A stretch of DNA of 64,000 bases, taken from Bryobacterales bacterium. Its GTDB lineage: Bacteria > Acidobacteriota > Terriglobia > Bryobacterales > UBA6623. Below are positions 59,111 to 64,000 of this stretch, in pieces. The stretch lies in NCBI GenBank assembly GCA_963422375.2, contig OY729427.2:896001-960000 (forward strand). The letters are read 5' to 3'. The notes beneath the pieces were generated by a model. The model searched no databases. It was not told the DNA's origin and saw only the letters and a program-made list of their open reading frames with translations. The translations under genes and the position numbers were made by a program. Each line of letters opens with the position of its first letter. The stretch's first letter is position 1.

Positions 59111-60643
59111 TTATAGGGAGTCAACCGCCGAGGGGGCACGGATCCCGCCCTTCGGGGCGCGGTTCTCGACCCGCACGCCCAGTCTTCCGCGATGCAGCCT
59201 TACGGAGAGCGCCTCGCCCAAGCTGACTTGGCCGCTGTCGCGAACGGCCTCGCCCGAGCCGGAATGCAGGATCGAATAGCCGCGCTCTAGGATCGCGAGC
59301 GGGCTCAGGGCGTGCAGCCGACCCAGTGCCGAGCCGAATCGCGACGTCCTGCGATCCAATGCCGCCCGAACTGACCGAGGCAGGCGCGCCGCCGGCCCGG
59401 CAAGGCGTTCGGCTTCCCGGGCGAGCCGCCCGCGCAGGATTCCTGAGGTTGCGGGCACCGCCGCCAGCCGCGACCCGCGGTCGTCCAGCGCTCTGCGCAT
59501 TGCGGGCACCAAGCGCGCTGCCAGGGATCGCAGCCGCTCGGACTGCCGGGCGAGCCGGATCCGCAGGTCCAAGGCGGCGAGATTCCGCTCGGCGCGCTCG
59601 AAACGAATTCGAGCCGCCCGGACCCGAGCGGCCTGTGTCGCGCGCAGGGCCAGTTCCGCATCGTCCAGGCGCTGGCCCGCATCGCCCACCCGACGCCCCA
59701 CCGTCAGCGCCGCGCGGTCCATGCCATTGCGCAGGACGACATTGCGGAGGCGGGCGAACAAGAAAGTCGTCGCCTTCGCGACTCGCGCCTCCGTCCCTTC
59801 CAACGCCTGGCGGATGCCCGCCGCCTCGGGCACCGCCCGCTCGGCCGCTACCGACGGCGTGGCGGCCCGCACGTCGGCCACAAAGTCGGCGATCGTGACG
59901 TCGGTCTCGTGCCCGACGGCGGACACGACCGGCATCGCCGCGGCGGCGATGGCCCGCGCCACCCGCTCGTCGTTGAACGCCCAGAGGTCCTCCAAGGATC
60001 CCCCGCCCCGCCCGACGATGACGACGTCGGCCCAGTCCCGCGTGCCGAAGTAACGAACACCGGCGGCGATCTCCTCGGCGGCCCCCTCTCCCTGGACGCG
60101 AACGGGATACAGGCGGATGTGCAGGCCGGGAAAGCGGCTCTCGATGACGCGCAGCATGTCCGCGATAACCGCCCCGGTAGGCGATGTGACAATGCCGATC
60201 CGGCTCGGAATCGGCGGCAGCCGGCGCTTGCGGTCGGCGTCGAACAGCCCATCGGCGCCGAGCCGAGCCTTAAGGCGCTCGAACTGCACCTGAAGGGCAC
60301 CCCGGCCCTGGAGCTCCAGCGCCTCGACGTACAGCTGGTAGCGCCCCTGTTGGGGATAGACGCTCACGCGGCCGCGAGCGATCACTTCCAAGCCGCCAGC
60401 CGGCTTGACGCGCAGGAAGCGGGCGCGGCCGCGGAAGCAAACGCAAGAGATCTGCGCGCTTTCGTCCTTAAGCGTGAAGTACCAGTGACCGCTCCGATGC
60501 ATCTTGGCGTTCGAGATCTCGCCGGAGACCCGCACGCTAGGGAAGTTCCCCTCGATGAGGCCCCTGAGCTCGGCCGTCAGATCCGCGACGGAGTAGACGC
60601 TCCTCCCGGATCCGAAGCTGAGCAGTTCTGCCCGGGCGCTCAC
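59111..60643 (-). CDS. xseA: Exodeoxyribonuclease VII large subunit
   Basis: VSGEISN, SGHWYFTLKD, TSPTGAV..D, GRGGGSLEDLWAFN, SAVGHETD, ATPS, LSPLAILERGY; GTG 60643 overlaps the upstream stop. Confidence 0.95.
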   Translation of the reverse strand: MSARAELLSFGSGRSVYSVADLTAELRGLIEGNFPSVRVSGEISNAKMHRSGHWYFTLKDESAQISCVCFRGRARFLRVKPAGGLEVIARGRVSVYPQQGRYQLYVEALELQGRGALQVQFERLKARLGADGLFDADRKRRLPPIPSRIGIVTSPTGAVIADMLRVIESRFPGLHIRLYPVRVQGEGAAEEIAAGVRYFGTRDWADVVIVGRGGGSLEDLWAFNDERVARAIAAAAMPVVSAVGHETDVTIADFVADVRAATPSVAAERAVPEAAGIRQALEGTEARVAKATTFLFARLRNVVLRNGMDRAALTVGRRVGDAGQRLDDAELALRATQAARVRAARIRFERAERNLAALDLRIRLARQSERLRSLAARLVPAMRRALDDRGSRLAAVPATSGILRGRLAREAERLAGPAARLPRSVRAALDRRTSRFGSALGRLHALSPLAILERGYSILHSGSGEAVRDSGQVSLGEALSVRLHRGRLGVRVENRAPKGGIRAPSAVDSL

Positions 60644-62196
60644 GGCTGGCGAGCCTCCCGACGGCCGCGGAAGGCGCCAACGGCGCCCAGAACCAAGGCG
60701 CCTAGGACCGCGCCGACGATGGCCAGCAGATCCAGGCAGGCCCGGAATGCCGGATCGATCTCGATCATCCAGCCCTGCATGCGGAGTCCGTGGGCGTAAT
60801 AGGTGGCGACGACGGAAAGGGCGAGCAAGCTGGTGACGAGAGCGGCCAGCCGCGTTCCGTGATCCCCGCCTCCGGGAGAGGCGCGACGGGCCCACGCCGT
60901 CGCCGCGGGGGTCGCCAGCGCCGCCGCGGCGATGTCGCGGCCGAAGAACGAATAGAGGAATTCCTGCCGCACCACGGAGCTGATGGAGTATCCCAGCTGG
61001 AAGAGATAGAAGAGGCCGTAGTATGCGGCGGCGAACGCGGCCACGCCCCCCGCGAACGCCGCGAGCGGCTGCCGGTGGACCGCCCACGCCGCCACCGCCA
61101 GGAACCATGCGCAGGCCGCCAGCGATAGCGGGACGCGGCGTCTCCTCGCGGCCTCGGCCGCCTCCGCCGTGTCGGGCAGGTGGCGCAGAAGGGCGTCCCG
61201 CTGCACGCGCTCGAGCTCCCGCAGGCCGGGCGCCAGGTCCGCCGGGACATCCAAGGCGTCCCACAGGACCCTTCCCTGGCTGTTGGCAGGGATCGGCAGG
61301 CCCAAGAGCATGCTCGCGGTCGGCGCGACATCGAGGATGCGCGCCTCGGACGGACGGGAGACCCGGATTCCAGGCCCTGCCATCGCGAACGGGGCCGACA
61401 GGACCTCCGGCTCGGTCCCGCCGTGCCCGCCCTTGCCCCAGCGGTGGATATGACCGTGGTCGGACAACGCCAGCACGGCCGTGCCGGGACCGGCCGCTGC
61501 GACCAGGCGGCCCAGGCAATCGTCCGCGGCGGAGGTCACTTGGCGATACCCGTGCGACCGGCCGCCCCAGTAGTGGCCGGCCTCGTCACCTGCCACCAAG
61601 CCGACCACCTGCAGCGCCGCAGGGGCCTCGCGAATCGAGGCGAGGGCCTCCTCGCAGGCGCTCGCCTGCCACCCGGCCAGGTCGGCAGGGCCGCCAACCG
61701 GCGGCTTGCCGGGCAGCGGGCGGAACGCGGAGATGTGCGCACGGAACGCGCGCGGCCAGAACCGCGTTCCGAGCACGAACGTTTCCATGCCTGCGCGCCG
61801 GGCCATGCCGAGCAGGGACTGGACCGGGGGCGCGTCGAACCGCCCGTTGTTGGTGACGCCGCTGACCTCGGGCGAAGCTCCCGTGACGAGCGCCGCACGC
61901 GCCGGGTTGGAGAGCGAGGGCGCCGTGACCCGCATTTCCCCGGAGGCCCCGCGCTCCGCCAGCGAGCCGAAGCTGGGCAGGTCCGCGGCGCGGTCGCTGC
62001 GCAAGCCGTCCAGAATGACGATCAGCAAGCCGTCGGCCAGCGCCGGTCCGGCGTCGAAATGCCGATCCAGGGCGTACTCGCTGCGATAGCCCTGCACCGA
62101 CGCCCACAGGCTGGCGGCGACCGCCGCGCTGGCGCAGGCCAGCACGACGAGGTACAGCAGCGGGAACGCGGATCCGAGCGAGCGCACCGCATCCAT
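60640..62196 (-). CDS. Membrane-bound alkaline-phosphatase-superfamily protein (phosphodiesterase / phosphoethanolamine-transferase-like)
   Basis: ILDGLR, PSLSNP (Ser nucleophile), DEAGH, SDHGH, GGHGG, DVAPT...GLPIP.NSQG; one N-terminal and several C-terminal TM segments. Start uncertain. Confidence 0.8.
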   Translation of the reverse strand: MDAVRSLGSAFPLLYLVVLACASAAVAASLWASVQGYRSEYALDRHFDAGPALADGLLIVILDGLRSDRAADLPSFGSLAERGASGEMRVTAPSLSNPARAALVTGASPEVSGVTNNGRFDAPPVQSLLGMARRAGMETFVLGTRFWPRAFRAHISAFRPLPGKPPVGGPADLAGWQASACEEALASIREAPAALQVVGLVAGDEAGHYWGGRSHGYRQVTSAADDCLGRLVAAAGPGTAVLALSDHGHIHRWGKGGHGGTEPEVLSAPFAMAGPGIRVSRPSEARILDVAPTASMLLGLPIPANSQGRVLWDALDVPADLAPGLRELERVQRDALLRHLPDTAEAAEAARRRRVPLSLAACAWFLAVAAWAVHRQPLAAFAGGVAAFAAAYYGLFYLFQLGYSISSVVRQEFLYSFFGRDIAAAALATPAATAWARRASPGGGDHGTRLAALVTSLLALSVVATYYAHGLRMQGWMIEIDPAFRACLDLLAIVGAVLGALVLGAVGAFRGRREARQP

Positions 62197-62252
62197 TATC
62201 GCGATTGGCCGACCCGGGCGGGCGGCGGCGTCCCCTAGAATGGTAGGCACCG

Positions 62253-62501
62253 ATGGCTCCTGTCTCGAACTTCAAGGATCTCGTCGGCCAGGCTCCCGAC
62301 CGCCTCGACCTCGCTACCCGCGAGGCGACCGTGGGCAAGGTCATCGCGATGCGCATCTACTCGCCGCAGAACCTAGCACTTCAGCGGATCGAGGCGATCG
62401 GCGACTCCGTTCGCGAATGCGTCGAGAACCTGCGGGAGCGCGGGCTCGATCCCCTCGACCACGAGTTCACCCGCCTAAATCCGCCCTTCCTGGCTCGCTG
62501 A
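62253..62501 (+). CDS. Small hypothetical protein
   Basis: 82-aa ORF (MRIYSPQNLAL.RIEAIG.SV.EC) with a TAGAAT box 11 nt upstream; typical codon usage. Confidence 0.7.
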   Translation: MAPVSNFKDLVGQAPDRLDLATREATVGKVIAMRIYSPQNLALQRIEAIGDSVRECVENLRERGLDPLDHEFTRLNPPFLAR

Positions 62502-62699
62502 ACAGGAGCGGGCATCGCGCCGTTCGGCGAGGCACGCCGGGCGCGCAGGTAGAAGTCCGGGCACGCGGTCTCAGGCTGACCGGGCCGTCGGCACCGTCTC
62601 GCCCGCCAATTCCCGCGAGGCTGCGCTCGGAATCCGCGAGATCCGGGAAGGCTTAGCGGCGCATCCGCCCCTGGATCGAGAATTTCTTACTGACGGCGC

Positions 62700-62750
62700 T
62701 TGACAGTCGCGCCACTGACATGTATCATTCCGTTATATCGATCAGATATA
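62700..62750 (+). promoter_or_regulatory. Sigma70 promoter (TTGACA-17-TATCAT) overlapped by palindromic operators
   Basis: TTGACA 62700-62705, TATCAT 62723-62728; perfect TATATC-N5-GATATA 62734-62750 and imperfect TGTATC-N5-GTTATA 62721-62737. Confidence 0.8.
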
Positions 62751-62762
62751 TCTACCAGAGCG

Positions 62763-63398
62763 ATGAAGTCCAGCCCCGAGAGCAGAACAGCCTACGCCTT
62801 GCTCGGTTTCCTAGCATGGCGCCCGATGTCCGGATACGACCTGAAGCAGGTCATCGCGCGCAGCGTCGGCAGCTTCTGGGCCGAGGGCTACGCGCAGATC
62901 TACCCGGTGCTCCGCCGTATGAGCGAGGCCGGCTGGATCGCCAAGCGAAGCGAATGCGGGACGGGCCAGCGGACCCGCCACGTCTACGAGATCACGCCGT
63001 CCGGCCGCGACAGGCTGCGGGCGTGGCTGGACGAGCCCGTCGCCGAGACCCCGCCCAGGATCGAGCTTCTGCTCAAGGTCTTCTTCGGGAGCGAGGTGCC
63101 CGTTGCGGTCAGCGTCGCTCATGTCGAGGCGACGCGCGGCCGCGCGTCGGAAAGACTCGCCGAGTACCTTTCCATTGCCACGGATCTCGAACGGCGCCGG
63201 GAGCACAATCCGGACGCGCTGTTCTGGCGCCTGACGGTGGACTACGGGATCGAAGCGATGCGGGCCCGGCTCCGCTGGTGCGACCGCGCCCTTGCGGAGC
63301 TGCAAGGCCTCGCGGAGCGAGATTCCGCGAACACGGAACCCAGCCGGAACGGGCTCGTCCGTCCGGCAGAACAAGTACGGAAGGAGCATCAACGATGA
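62763..63398 (+). CDS. PadR-family transcriptional regulator with C-terminal AphA-like helical domain
   Basis: LLGFL...PMSGYDLK, FW....QIYP.L, YEITPSGR..L..WL, ELLLKVFF. Confidence 0.92.
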   Translation: MKSSPESRTAYALLGFLAWRPMSGYDLKQVIARSVGSFWAEGYAQIYPVLRRMSEAGWIAKRSECGTGQRTRHVYEITPSGRDRLRAWLDEPVAETPPRIELLLKVFFGSEVPVAVSVAHVEATRGRASERLAEYLSIATDLERRREHNPDALFWRLTVDYGIEAMRARLRWCDRALAELQGLAERDSANTEPSRNGLVRPAEQVRKEHQR

Positions 63399-63853
63399 CA
63401 CACACACGCACACTGCCGCGCACGGCAGCCCTGCTGGCGATGGCGGGGACGCTGGCCCTCGGGGCCCAGATCGAAGTCTCCGTGAGCGAGATCCGGAGCG
63501 ACTCCGGCAATATCATGGTGGCCCTCCACTCCGAGGACTACCCGGGCCCGTTCCCGGACGAGCGCGGCGCCGTGAGCAAGCAGATGGCGAAGGCCGCCCC
63601 GGGCACGGCGCGCTTCGTATTCGGGGACTTGCGTCCGGGCAAGTTCGCGGTTGCCGTCTACCACGACGAGAACGGCAACGGCGAGCTCGACACGGGCTTC
63701 CTAGGAATCCCCAAGGAAGGCTACGGCTTCACCCGCAACGCGAAGGCCACCTTCGGCCCGCCGAGCTTCAGCGCCGCCGAAATCGAACTCGCCTCGGAAG
63801 AGGAACGGTTCGACGCGCCGATCAAGATGAAGTACCGGGACGGAAAGCTATGA
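63395..63853 (+). CDS. DUF2141 family exported protein
   Basis: GNIMVAL, PGKFAVAVYHDENGNGELD..FLGIPKEGYGF.RN...FGPPSF; ATG 63395 overlaps the padR stop. Confidence 0.88.
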   Translation: MTHTRTLPRTAALLAMAGTLALGAQIEVSVSEIRSDSGNIMVALHSEDYPGPFPDERGAVSKQMAKAAPGTARFVFGDLRPGKFAVAVYHDENGNGELDTGFLGIPKEGYGFTRNAKATFGPPSFSAAEIELASEEERFDAPIKMKYRDGKL

Positions 63854-64000
63854 CGACCCGGCGCGACTTCCTAGCGGGCACGGCCCTCCTCGGCCTCGGC
63901 GGCGCGTCGGCCCGGGCGGCGCGGGCGGAAGATCCCTGGGGGCGGAAGTTCGAGGCAGCGCTGGCCTCGGACCCGGCCCTGCTGGGCTGGGCCAGCGCCG
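63850..64000 (+). CDS. Tat-exported protein, 5' part (possibly carotenoid-oxygenase family)
   Basis: MTTRRDFLAGTALLGLGG Tat signal, ATGA overlap with the DUF2141 gene; the family guess rests only on gene context and the first 50 aa. Confidence 0.55.
   Translation, partial: MTTRRDFLAGTALLGLGGASARAARAEDPWGRKFEAALASDPALLGWASA

Noticed and set aside
1..64000. Amber (TAG) recoding
   Set aside because: TAG codons fall at the expected C-termini of recognisable proteins and I saw no in-frame TAG inside conserved domains.

Overview
A 64-kb, very GC-rich, gene-dense bacterial chromosome segment, probably Acidobacteriota (Bryobacterales-like). That assignment is inferred from a TIGR03437-type C-terminal domain, an Oar-like TonB receptor, many FG-GAP/ASPIC-UnbV and TPR genes, and an RNase E/G with a large S1 insertion. 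Housekeeping genes: ribF (3' end), lacD, mreB-mreC-mreD-mrdA-rodA-rne, nth, glpD, pyrD, add, xseA. Glycan and scavenging genes: GH29-like, GH33 sialidase, two sulfatases, TonB receptor, DUF885, TatT/TatP. Accessory or decaying parts: a low-GC two-gene PIN module (10.1-11.4 kb), a decayed FG-GAP/ASPIC-redoxin-TPR locus (47-52.8 kb) and a complete IS with TIRs and CTAG flanks (52.8-54.6 kb). Most interesting: (1) an in-frame UGA at 48698 followed by a hairpin closely resembling the E. coli fdhF SECIS, suggesting a selenoprotein family of secreted FG-GAP/ASPIC-thioredoxin-TPR proteins, although this copy is frameshifted; (2) an RNase E/G carrying two extra, phosphate-pocket-degenerate copies of its own 5'-sensor subdomain inside the S1 domain; (3) a decaying PIN module with an unusually large uncharacterised partner; (4) pervasive -10 boxes 5-9 nt before start codons, implying leaderless mRNAs; (5) heavy TAG/CTAG usage. 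No rRNA, tRNA or CRISPR array was seen. All family calls come from motif recognition by eye, not from database searches.
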